A DNA stretch of 58,859 bases, the filler included, from Basidiobolus meristosporus CBS 931.73 (lineage: Eukaryota; Fungi; Basidiobolomycota), in NCBI GenBank assembly GCA_002104905.1. It is 3 parts of 3 records of this genome, joined end to end, with 100 filler letters (N's around TTAATTAATTAA, not from the genome) between each part and the next. Parts side by side here need not be neighbours in the genome. Positions count along the whole stretch, not along the records: positions 26,226 to 40,307 come from MCFE01001189.1; positions 40,408 to 58,859 come from MCFE01001061.1; 1 more part is not named here. One strand, written 5' to 3'. Numbering within the stretch: position 1 is the stretch's first letter; each line of letters starts with the position of its first letter. The notes beneath the pieces were generated by a model. It was not told the DNA's origin. It made no database searches and saw nothing but the letters and a program-made list of their open reading frames with translations. Below are positions 35,576-45,388 of the stretch, piece after piece. A program made the translations under genes and the position numbers.

Positions 35576-38344
35576 CTACTGTTGTAGCTTTGATACAAGA
35601 GTGTGTAGCTGAGGGGAATTTGTAGGTAAGTTAATAAGAAGTGATGATAGTTCTTCAGTGCTCAAGACACTGTTCAGTGGGAAGGGGGGTAGCAAGAGAG
35701 GTAAGAATGACTTGTGAACAACATTAATGAGGGGAATGTGATAAGGATTGATATTCATCATAAAGGGAGTGTGCTGCTGCAGATATTGCTGCCAAAGGTC
35801 TGTCAAGTACTTCAGGTAGGCCAGCTTGGGTTTTTCTGACTGCAGAATATAGTGAGCAAACTTCTTGACTTCAGCATCTCCAAGTATAGTTCTCCAGCAG
35901 GAGCCAGGTGTTGTGTGGTGTGTTCTCTTCCAGGCCTTAATCAGTGGGTTGTTGCAGTTGTGAAGTCTGAGGTATAATCTGGTTCTAAGGTAGAGAAGTC
36001 TGATCTTATAGGGCATAAACCCAAAAGCACCAAGAATAGCATGTCTGTAGGGGCATTCAGGCAAATGAGGCACCAAGGAGGTAATGCACCATACTGCAAA
36101 CTTGTCAAGCTTAGTGCAGTCTCTAGAAGTAAGAGAGAGAAGTGGTAAGCCAAATTCCAGGACAGGGAAGACAAACTGCTTGAGTAGAAGGAGGCAGCTG
36201 GGAGCTGAAGTTGTAGGAGGAGTAACAGCCAGTAGCTTGTGGAGTGCCTGTCTTGCCAGGATAATTCTCTTCTTCAGGTGTGCTCCAGAGTCTAGTCCAG
36301 TAGGAAGGAAAGGAAAGCCAAGATATGTAGCAGAAACCTGAGCAGGTAGAGTGGAGTTCTCCAAGTTGATGGGAGAGCCCAAAGGTACTGTCTTTGCAAT
36401 GGAAAGCTGGAGATTATTCTTCTGCAGATACTGGTGGATGGTCTGGGAGTCTTGTTGCACATTGGAGGAGGATATTCTGATGTCATCAGCAAAGAGAGTA
36501 ACCAGGCAGTCAGCTGAGAGTCTTGGGAAATCATTCAGGAAGATGGCAAACAGTATAGGACCAAGCACAGAGCCTTGAACCACTCCATTAGGAACTGAGA
36601 ACACAGCTGATTGCTCACTTGGGTGCAGAATTCTTGCTTGTGGATCCAGAAACAGAGACCTGACAAGGAGGGTGAGAGAGGTACTGGAGAAGCATTGCAA
36701 CTTGGACCAAAGCAGATTTCTGTCAACTGAATCAAAGGCCTTAGTAATATCAAACAGAACAGAGGGATACTTGCACTGGAGAGAGTGATCTTGGCTAAGT
36801 ATGACTGCATATTCCAAGGAGAGGCCAGGAACAAAGCCAAACTGTGCAGGATGAAACTTGAGAGAGTCAGAGTAGAGCTCCTGAGCAAGCAGAAGCTCAA
36901 ACACCTTTCTGCAGGTGGGCAGCAGAGATATTGGCCTGTAGGAGCTAGGATCCAGGTGCTTTTCTTTACCCTTGTACAGTGGCAGAACATTTGCAAAGGA
37001 CCATTCCTCAGGAGTAGAAAGCTGGGCTGAGCATTGCTGGAACAGTGGAAGCAGAAGTGCAGACATGGCCTTGGTACTAGTCTTCAGAAGCTCATAGGAG
37101 ATTGTGTCCACACCTGGAGCAGTAGAGTTGGGAAGCCTCTTGAGCACATTATGGATTCTCCCTTGATCAAGTGCAAGTGGGATGGGCAGAGTCTTGAAGT
37201 CAGGATGAAAGCCAGGAGTTGAGTACTGCTTTGTAGAGAAGAAGATGTTAGCCAGCTGTTCTGTTGAAGGTAACTTCCTGGAAGAGGGCCTCATTGCCCT
37301 GTAGAGTCTTGATACTGTTCTTGTTATAGAGTTGGAAGATTGCAGAGGCAAAGAACTCATAATATGATCCCAGAGCTGAGTATGCAGAGTGTGGTGAATT
37401 GCCTTGGAGTGGTGTATTGCTGTCAGGAGGAGTTTCTCTGTTTTTGGGTTAGGGAAACTCAGGTAGCTTTGTTGCAGGGCTGAAACAATGGATTCCCATT
37501 TTCTTGAGGTAACAGCAGTAGTCTTGCATGGCAGTGAGAGGGAGGCAGACACCAGAATCAGATGCTTCACAAAGAGCCAGGCATAGTTGATATCATCTGG
37601 CAGAGAAAGTAGCAAACTGGCAAGCTTCAAGTAGTTCCCAAAGTCTTTCTTCTGATTCCTGGTAGCTTTGTGGGTGAGCACAGTAAGTTTTGGCAGCTTC
37701 TTCTTCACAACTGGTTGCATAGAAAGGGACCAGGCTGGGTGGTCAGAGGCTCTCAAGGATCCTAACTCAGCTCCAGAGAATTGCTTAACTTCATTCACAA
37801 AGTAGAGGGCAGCAGCAGAAGGGCAGATCCAGTCAACACATCTTTTCTCAGATTGAGCACCTAGTGCTAGCAGGTGGCTTTCTCTCAGGAAGTTCAGTAG
37901 GAATGTAGACCTTGGCTTCATTCTTGCAGTCAGAGTAGTCTTGTTCTCAGGATGGGGAATGTTGAGATCTCCAAGCAAGATAACAGGTGTTGATATAGAT
38001 TGCTGGTATTGCTGAACCTTCTGGCATATAACTTGCACTTCCTGAAGGGCAAGACTTGGAGGCAGATAGCAGAGCACCAGACTGATAGTTGGCAACTGGA
38101 GAGCAGCACAGTAAGGGGAGTAAAGAGGAACACAGAGCTGAGGAGTATTGATGGTAGAAGAGATGAAGCAGATAGAGGAGGTATTCTTTGTTCTAGGAGT
38201 AGAAAAGCAATATAGATTAGTCAAAAGTATAGAAGGTAGCAGAACATCAATCAAACACAGGAGGGAAAATCTTGAAAGAAGTCTCTCTAGAGTTGGTCTT
38301 GATGGCTGTATGCTGTTGCAGTTAAGCAACAGAACTTCAGGTAG
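35576..38344 (-). CDS. ORF2: APE endonuclease + reverse transcriptase (no initiating ATG; in frame with ORF1)
   Basis: APE motifs LNCNS, CYLPP, LLGDLN, VDWI, SDH; RT motifs APGVD, YRPISLL, QFGF, DITKAFDSV, GVVQGSVLGP, LFADD; no RNase H seen. Confidence 0.95.
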   Translation of the reverse strand, partial: LPEVLLLNCNSIQPSRPTLERLLSRFSLLCLIDVLLPSILLTNLYCFSTPRTKNTSSICFISSTINTPQLCVPLYSPYCAALQLPTISLVLCYLPPSLALQEVQVICQKVQQYQQSISTPVILLGDLNIPHPENKTTLTARMKPRSTFLLNFLRESHLLALGAQSEKRCVDWICPSAAALYFVNEVKQFSGAELGSLRASDHPAWSLSMQPVVKKKLPKLTVLTHKATRNQKKDFGNYLKLASLLLSLPDDINYAWLFVKHLILVSASLSLPCKTTAVTSRKWESIVSALQQSYLSFPNPKTEKLLLTAIHHSKAIHHTLHTQLWDHIMSSLPLQSSNSITRTVSRLYRAMRPSSRKLPSTEQLANIFFSTKQYSTPGFHPDFKTLPIPLALDQGRIHNVLKRLPNSTAPGVDTISYELLKTSTKAMSALLLPLFQQCSAQLSTPEEWSFANVLPLYKGKEKHLDPSSYRPISLLPTCRKVFELLLAQELYSDSLKFHPAQFGFVPGLSLEYAVILSQDHSLQCKYPSVLFDITKAFDSVDRNLLWSKLQCFSSTSLTLLVRSLFLDPQARILHPSEQSAVFSVPNGVVQGSVLGPILFAIFLNDFPRLSADCLVTLFADDIRISSSNVQQDSQTIHQYLQKNNLQLSIAKTVPLGSPINLENSTLPAQVSATYLGFPFLPTGLDSGAHLKKRIILARQALHKLLAVTPPTTSAPSCLLLLKQFVFPVLEFGLPLLSLTSRDCTKLDKFAVWCITSLVPHLPECPYRHAILGAFGFMPYKIRLLYLRTRLYLRLHNCNNPLIKAWKRTHHTTPGSCWRTILGDAEVKKFAHYILQSEKPKLAYLKYLTDLWQQYLQQHTPFMMNINPYHIPLINVVHKSFLPLLLPPFPLNSVLSTEELSSLLINLPTNSPQLHTLVSKLQQ

Positions 38345-39853
38345 TCAGGCAGAGGTTGTAGCTTCTTCAGAGGCAGCATTGATAATGTGACCTGCAGAGT
38401 CCCAGAGCTCTTCAAATGGTGCATCACTTAAGTCAGCAAGGAGGGAAATGGCATGATTCTTGAGGAAGTATGCCACATCATAGGAGGGGGCTTGTCTCTT
38501 GATGGCAGCAAAGAAAGACAGAATGGCAACATGGGCTGGAGGCTTGTTGAACAGTAGAGAGTCAGAGGATTCAGATTCTTCAGGCACTATCTTGAAGTCA
38601 GTTTTCAGCCAGTTAAGGTTCTTCTCCACAAAGGCAACAAATGGGTCAGCAATGTTTTGGTCTAGGATAACCTCCAGAATCTTCCCTTTTCTCCAGGCCA
38701 GGTTGACAATTCTTGAGAGCTGAATATTGCATGCCTTGAGTGCTTTCCTGATGTTGGAAATGGGAGTCCAGGGAACTTGCTTCAAGTACACCACAGTCCA
38801 GGTAGAAGCTGGTGGTAGGTTTGCTGGGGGCTTGTAAGTCCTTCTGTGTTGCAATAGAGCTGCAGTAGTCAGATTGGAGTCCACATTCTCTGTAGAAGGT
38901 TTTCTTGATGTGTCTTGCTGAATAGTACTGGAGCTGGATGTGCTGATAATTCTTGCTAGAACCTTGCCTGCATAAGTCTGAGGTATAGCTGAGGTGACTG
39001 TAGAGGTGTTGGCAGCTGGTGCAGGTGGAGAGGCAGAAACTGAAGCAGGAACTGAGGTCACCTGGGAGAATGCAGTGGAAGCAGGTTTTCTGGGAGGAAC
39101 AGAGTTCACTATCCAGTTGTTCTGTAAAACACTGGAGTAGCTTTTCTGTGGAACAGGATCTTGCTCTTGAACAGGAACAGAAGCAGGAGGCTGGGTCTGA
39201 GCAGTAGTGGTAAGGCAGTGGCACTCCAAGGAAGCTTTTTGCAAGGCATCTCTGGCAGTTTTCAGGGCAGTATTGGCTTCATTCTTGAGCTTCTTGCATT
39301 GGGCATCCAGTCTCTTGTTTTCAATAGCCAGGGCAGTATTGGCAGCCTCTAAATCAGCAATTCTCTTCTCAACAGCAAGGAATCTCTGAAGAAATGCATC
39401 AGTAGAAGTGCTGGCATCTGGAAGAGCAGTGGCAGGAATAGAGTCCATTGACAGTGGGCTTCTTGGAGGCAAGGAAAGTGGACTGGCAGATTCAGGCACA
39501 AAAGGAGATATCCTGGCAGGAGGAGAAGGAGTATCCAAGGCAGTAACAGAGGCAATTCTTGTTGGTGAAGCAGCAGCAGGGGAGGCAAGCCTGTTCAGAA
39601 ACTGGGCAGGAGAGAGTGCTTGAGGAGAGGGAGTCTTCAGCTTGCCAAGCATGTCTTCCATCAGAGTGATACCAATATTCCTGGTGCATTTGCAGAGAAA
39701 AGTAAGCTTCCTGAGTCTGCCAGCTCTTCCATTCCTTCTGATAGTTCCTTTGTTTCCACAGTTGGGGCAAGAAATCTTCTTGACAGACTTGTCAAAGCAA
39801 TCAAGAACCTTCCTTTCAGGTGTAGTGGGCTCCTGTTGAGGTTTTGGTGGCAT
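38345..39853 (-). CDS. ORF1 (502 aa from ATG 39853): N-terminal Cys cluster CPNC..CKC, Pro/Ser-rich region, coiled coil, conserved C-terminal domain
   Basis: Long open frame directly upstream of ORF2; C-terminal domain conserved in the paralog at 34264-34917. Confidence 0.85.
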   Translation of the reverse strand: MPPKPQQEPTTPERKVLDCFDKSVKKISCPNCGNKGTIRRNGRAGRLRKLTFLCKCTRNIGITLMEDMLGKLKTPSPQALSPAQFLNRLASPAAASPTRIASVTALDTPSPPARISPFVPESASPLSLPPRSPLSMDSIPATALPDASTSTDAFLQRFLAVEKRIADLEAANTALAIENKRLDAQCKKLKNEANTALKTARDALQKASLECHCLTTTAQTQPPASVPVQEQDPVPQKSYSSVLQNNWIVNSVPPRKPASTAFSQVTSVPASVSASPPAPAANTSTVTSAIPQTYAGKVLARIISTSSSSTIQQDTSRKPSTENVDSNLTTAALLQHRRTYKPPANLPPASTWTVVYLKQVPWTPISNIRKALKACNIQLSRIVNLAWRKGKILEVILDQNIADPFVAFVEKNLNWLKTDFKIVPEESESSDSLLFNKPPAHVAILSFFAAIKRQAPSYDVAYFLKNHAISLLADLSDAPFEELWDSAGHIINAASEEATTSA

Positions 39854-40086
39854 ATCCAGAGTTTCAGCTTCAAATTTCAATTTTTGAGATTTTTGGGTGA
39901 TTTTTGATGGGCGGGATCAAAATTAGGGTTAGGGTTGCGCGCTGTGACTGCTTTTTACGATCGCAAGGTCAGAACCTAGGAAAAAATAAAAATAGTTAGT
40001 AAAGGTGATTTAATGGATGGATGGATGGATTCGGAGTCAGATTCAATCAAAAAATCAAATCGTTGACTAATTTAAAGAGGATATAG

Positions 40087-40307
40087 TTAGGGTTAGGGTT
40101 AGGGTTAGGGTTAGGGTTAGGGTTAGGGTTAGGGTTAGGGTTAGGGTTAGGGTTAGGGTTAGGGTTAGGGTTAGGGTTAGGGTTAGGGTTAGGGTTAGGG
40201 TTAGGGTTAGGGTTAGGGTTAGGGTTAGGGTTAGGGTTAGGGTTAGGGTTAGGGTTAGGTTAGGGTTAGGGTTAGGGTTAGGGTTAGGGTTAGGGTTAGG
40301 GTTAGGG
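40087..40307 (+). repeat. Telomere: 36 TTAGGG plus one TTAGG variant, at the contig end
   Basis: G-rich strand runs toward the contig end, the canonical telomere polarity. Confidence 0.97.
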
Positions 40308-40407
40308 NNNNNNNNNNNNNNNNNNNNNNNNNNNNNNNNNNNNNNNNNNNNTTAATTAATTAANNNNNNNNNNNNNNNNNNNNNNNNNNNNNNNNNNNNN
40401 NNNNNNN
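40308..40407. other. Artificial contig linker
   Basis: 44 N + TTAATTAATTAA + 44 N. Confidence 0.97.
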
Positions 40408-41149
40408 TACTACATCAGTAAAGAGACTGCAAAGCTCACAAGAATCCAATCTAAGTTCTACAAGAAACTACCACTTTTCTGTCAGAGAAGCCCCCTCTAA
40501 GAATCCCCTTTACTCTAAAGACACCCCTTTAGTCTAAAGACCCCTTTAGAGACCCCTTTAAGAAACCCCTTTACTCTAAAGAAGCCCCTTTAGGCACCCC
40601 TTTAGTGTAAAGTCCACTTTAGATACCACTACAAGAAGCCCTTTACTCTAAAGACACCCCTTTAGACACCCCTTTAGGTCTAAAGACCCCTTTAGAGAAT
40701 TCTACAACACACCCCTTTAGGTTAAAGGGGAGTTCAGAATTTCCATATTAGGAAATATTTTCTCAGAAAGGAAAGTGACTTCCAAATAAGGAAAAGTTAC
40801 TATAAAAGTAAATAAGCCCATTAGTCAACAGAAGGTCAGAACACTGCTGTAGAAGTGATAAACACTGCCTACAGTATATTTTGAGCCCAAGATTGAGGAA
40901 ATTAGTGAAAGTTATATCTTCTATTGGTATATCAAACTCCCAATAAACTATTTCAGTATTAGCATACTGGAAGTTGTTGTATATTGTTGATTAGCCTCTA
41001 CATTGTAGAACAAGCCCCAAACTAATCATAATACAACACAACAACTCCCAATAAACTTCTTTTAGTATTAGCATACTGGAAGTTGTTGTATATTGTTGAT
41101 TAGCCTCTACATTGTAGAACAAGCCCCAAACTAATCATAATACAACACA
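40408..41149. repeat. Repeat E copy with tandem duplication of its terminal ~100 bp
   Basis: Reverse complement of 30091-30727; about 40938-41040 is repeated at about 41046-41149. Confidence 0.75.
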
Positions 41150-41310
41150 ATATATCCCCCCTTAAGTATTCCTCAGTCTGATAAACACAGGTCTTGAATA
41201 AAAAGCCTTGCCTTGGAAATCCACCTTGCCTTGTTGATCCGCACCTAAGTCCTTTCCTGGTCCTGCCTTGCCTAGTCCTACTCTCCTGCCTTGTGTCTAT
41301 TCATAACAGT

Positions 41311-41321
41311 TTTATCAGACT
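41311..41321 (+). promoter_or_regulatory. Self-priming PBS TTTATCAGACT
   Basis: Perfect 11-nt complement of LTR sequence AGTCTGATAAA (41175-41185); no TGG tRNA-type PBS. Confidence 0.75.
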
Positions 41322-41714
41322 CTCCTGACTTACCTGTGGATCCCTGCCTTCTGCCCAAAGTTTGAAGAAAACTTGTAAAAGGAATACTCACCATAGGTAT
41401 CACTCATCATCTTTCCCTAGTCTTGTCCTATTAAGGCAAAGATACTTTATCTTTGTAAAACTATTGGTCAAAGCTGCATTCACATTATTACCCTGCTGGT
41501 GGAGTTTACAGTTGTTACAGTATTGCAAGCTTTAGTACAATACTCTATCAAAGGACGTTGAAACCAGTACCTTCTGAAGTGACGCTTACTTATTTAAGTT
41601 GGGGATTGTGGCTCAATAGTTGTATTCTTGACATACTAGTGGCTTTACAAACCCACAACCTAGTTTAGTATATTCCAGTGTTCCTTGCAAGTTCATCCGC
41701 CTTCCTCTGCTACC

Positions 41715-42646
41715 ATGTCCAACCTAGAGCTGAACTTTGCCCAGCTCATGGCTGCCTTTACCCAACTGCAGCAAGACCATGCAGACCTCAGAAACACTCT
41801 TGCTCAGTTCCAGAACCAAAGTGTCCAGCAAACTAGCCATGTCCCAGTCTGCAAGAACCCAAGTATACTCCTGCTACCAAGTTCAATGGCTCTCAGAATG
41901 AATTCCGTGGCTTCATCAACATGGTGAAGAACAATTTTGCACTCCAGCCCAACCAGTACCCCACTGACCAGGCCAAAATTGGTTTCATCTCCAACCTGCT
42001 TACTGGTACAGCTCTCAAGTGGTTCTCCCCATTAGTAGAGACCAACTCTCCCCTCCTCAGAGACTACCAAGCTTTTCTCACTGAAATGGAGCTAACATTT
42101 GGTAACCTTGACCAAACCAGAACTGCTGCCAACAAGATCAAGACCCTCAAACAAGTGAACAAACCAGCATCAGTCAATGCCGCAGAATTCCAACAACTCT
42201 CCAGTGACCTCAGCTCCTGGGGTCAAGCAGCCTTGATAAGCCAATTTCAAGATGGCCTTAATGATGAAGTTTGTAATCTGCTACTCACACTCCCAGATCC
42301 AGATACATTGGTTGAAGCTATGCACCAAGCAATCCAGTGTGATAACAGACTATTCCAGAAGAAGCAAAAGAACTGTCAAAGACACATTCCTGTTGCAGTC
42401 CCAGCCCCTCCTGCTCCCAAAGTCACTCCAGAAGATCCTAAGCAGATTGACAGTGCCAAATACAAGAAACTATCAAAGAGTGAAAAGTACAGATGTCAAC
42501 AAGCCAACCTCTGTCTATACTGTGGCCAACCAGGTCACTTTGCCAAGGCCTGCCCCAACAAGAAGTCCAGCTTCAAGCTGATGCAGTCCTCCAGTAACCA
42601 ACCTGATTCAGATCTGTCAGGATACTTCAATGTCCAGTTGCACTGA
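41715..42646 (+). pseudogene. Chromovirus gag, frameshifted
   Basis: LLTGTALKW retrotransposon-gag motif and CLYCGQPGHFAKAC knuckle. Confidence 0.85.
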
Positions 42647-42914
42647 CAGGCTTGCAACTGGACCCACCCATGATAATCCAGCATATCCAAGAATCTTCCT
42701 TTGCCACAAAATCTATCCAGTCCTTGAGAATGCCGGTCAAAATCCAGATCCCTGACTCCAGTCCTGTCCCAGCCCTAGCCCAGATTGATTCTGGTGCTTC
42801 ATCCTGTTTCATTGACCAAGCCTTTGTCCAGAAGCACTCTATTCCTGTTACCTTGAAATCCTGTCCAGTCCAGGTAGAAGTTATTGATGGAAGATCACTC
42901 TCCTCTGGTGCTGT

Positions 42915-43985
42915 TGTAGTGGGGTGACAGTGACACCCACTGACAGATGTGCTCATTCCCTTATTTTCTACTTCCCTATATCTCTACTACACTTATTTTA
43001 GTTTTATCCCATTTGTCTTACCCAATCAGTACTATCCCATAAGCCGGTTGACTATCACACCTGCTTACCTTATTGCATAAGTTACCCCTCACTTTATGTA
43101 AGATTACTAGCTATAAGTACTTCTATATTAGGCAAGCACCAGCACCAGTACCCGTGACACATGATCAGCCCGTGTCACCATCCCAACCATTTCCATACCA
43201 TATATGGTATCCCCATGTTACACAGGTTTCAGAATACTGATTCCTGATTGGTTGGATGTGCTGTGCCTCTTAGAACCTTCTGGCACCTACTTAGAACATT
43301 CTTAGGTCATTCTGATGTCATTAAGATTTCTATTGATCTCCGGAACCTTCTGGAATACCATGATTAGTAATCACTTAGCCAATGAGAAAAGTATATAAGG
43401 GAGGCTATCCCTCAACAATAAATCATCATCCCTTTTATCAATATACTGACTTGTTGATTAGTGTGATCACTGCTACCTGCTGCTACCTGAACTTCCAACC
43501 CCAGACCACAGGACACTCCCAGGAAACCGCGCTGACAGCCAACTGACCTTGGAGGCACTACTTGTGAGGAATACTCAGAGTAGGTATCTTTTATTATATT
43601 TGATTCTTTCCCAAGTTTGTTCTTGTACAGGCAAAGATACTTTTCTGTCTTTGTAACTATTGACCACAGCTGCATTCTTATCAAGTTCCTGCTGGTGGAG
43701 TTTACAGTTGTTTTGACTTTGGAAGCTTTAGTACATTGTCATCTCAAAGGACGCTGAACCCAGCACATACTTTTGTTAAGACGCCTACTAAGTTGGGGAT
43801 TGTAGCTCAATAGTTTTCCCTTGACAAGCTTGTGGCTTTATTCCCCTTCACATTAGATTAGAGAAAGAACCCAAGTATTCCTAGCAAGCTTTTGCCAGAG
43901 GTTATTACACCCAGTGAACACCCCACACACAAAACACTTGAGAAGTGTTGGATGTATCTCTCCCTTGGACCTATACACCACCACA
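42915..43985 (+). mobile_element. Solo LTR of family A/B inside the chromovirus protease
   Basis: Reverse complement of the family A/B LTR; TG...CA ends; flanks CTGT/CCAT. Confidence 0.9.
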
Positions 43986-44584
43986 CCATTACCCATGAAA
44001 CATGCTTACTTCAGCTGTCCAGTACTGCTCACCAAGAAAGAATTGCTTTCAACATCATCAACTCACCACACTATCCTATTGTGCTTTGAAGCTCATGGCT
44101 GAGCTACCACAATCCAAGTATTGATTGGAAATCCAAAATCCTGTCATTCACCAGATCCCACCAAGTCAACTCCATGAAATCTCCAGACCCTGATAACCAT
44201 AAAAAGACTGTTGCCAACAGTTCAACAGCCCAAGATACCTTGCCAGCTGAAGGAGCCCCCTTAGCAAACATACCAGCCAAGTACCAAGAGTTTGCCCATG
44301 TCTTTGACAAGAAGAAAGCAGAACTCCTCCCTGACCATTGGCCTTGTGACTGCCCTGTTGACCTTGAAGATGGAAAAATCCCTCCATTTGGCCCAATATA
44401 TAACCTCTCCCAGCTGGAGTTGAAAGAACTCCATGGTTATATTGAAGAAAACCTCCAGAAGGGTTTTATTCAGCACTCCAAATCACCTGCTGGAGCCCCA
44501 ATCCTCTTTGTCAAGAAGAAGGATGGCACCCTCAGAATGTGTGTGGACTACCATGCTTTGAATAAGATCACACTCAAGAACCGC

Positions 44585-45388
44585 TGTGGTAGGATAAACA
44601 AACCTCCCACAGACAATTTATTCATATAGTCATTATGATATACTTATCCATATTTTATCTTATCAGTATTATCCCATTCTTCTTTTGCCGATATTATCAG
44701 TATTATCCCCATATGATATTTACCCTGATTAGTTATTAGCATTAGTTATCCCAGATGTTATTCAGCTTTGTGATCATTATATGTATCTACATAAGGCAAG
44801 TACCTGTGTCAGTACCCAGGACACATGACCTAGGTCTGTGTTACCATCCCTACCATTTCAATACTATATATGGGATTTCTATGTAGCACAGGCTTCAGAT
44901 AAACTGATTCCTGATTGGTTGGATGTGCTGTGCCCTTTAGAACCTTCCAGGAAATTCTTGGCCTATTTTTAGCTCATAGTGATGTCATCAAGAATCCCAC
45001 TGATGCCTCAAATCTTCTAGAACCTTGTTATTAGTAATCACTTGGCAATCAGGAAAAGTATTTAAGGGAAAGCAATCCCTCATCAATAAATCATCCCTTC
45101 TATCAGTAACACTTCTACCTTATTGATTAGCAGTTGATCACTGCACCTGCCTTCAACAGTACATCTCAGACCTGCCATCAAGGAGCTTTTCAGCGTAGTG
45201 CACAAGACACACAGAGGCCTTTGGAGACACTTGGAGCACCTAGGAAGCTAGAGAAGCAGGAGCTGTTACCATAGTGACATATTGGCAAAGATACCAGCAG
45301 TTTAGACACAGAGGTTATTGCACCCATCAGACACCTCACACACCTTGAGTTGTGTAGCTTCTCCCAGGAGTACCTCTACACCACCACA
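44585..45388 (+). mobile_element. Solo LTR of a family A-related subfamily inside the chromovirus RT
   Basis: Splits KNR|YPLP; TGTGG...CACCACCACA ends; flanks CCGC/CCAC. Confidence 0.85.

Larger units (their letters stand above)
35507..40086 (-). mobile_element. Intact telomeric non-LTR retrotransposon (ORF1 + APE-RT ORF2)
   Basis: 5' end abuts the terminal telomere; 3' end is AATAAA, hairpin, then CCCTAACCCTAA (35507-35518); no poly(A) tail; both ORFs uninterrupted. Confidence 0.92.

Noticed and set aside
37446-37454. GGGTTAGGG inside ORF2
   Set aside because: Falls in ordinary Pro-Asn-Pro codons; a 9-mer is plausible by chance.
40087-40407. Apparent interstitial telomere or chromosome fusion
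   Set aside because: The tract ends at an artificial linker, so it is a contig end.
30091-41043. Large inverted repeat (repeat E) bracketing the telomeric elements like a giant transposon
   Set aside because: The two copies are on different contigs joined artificially.
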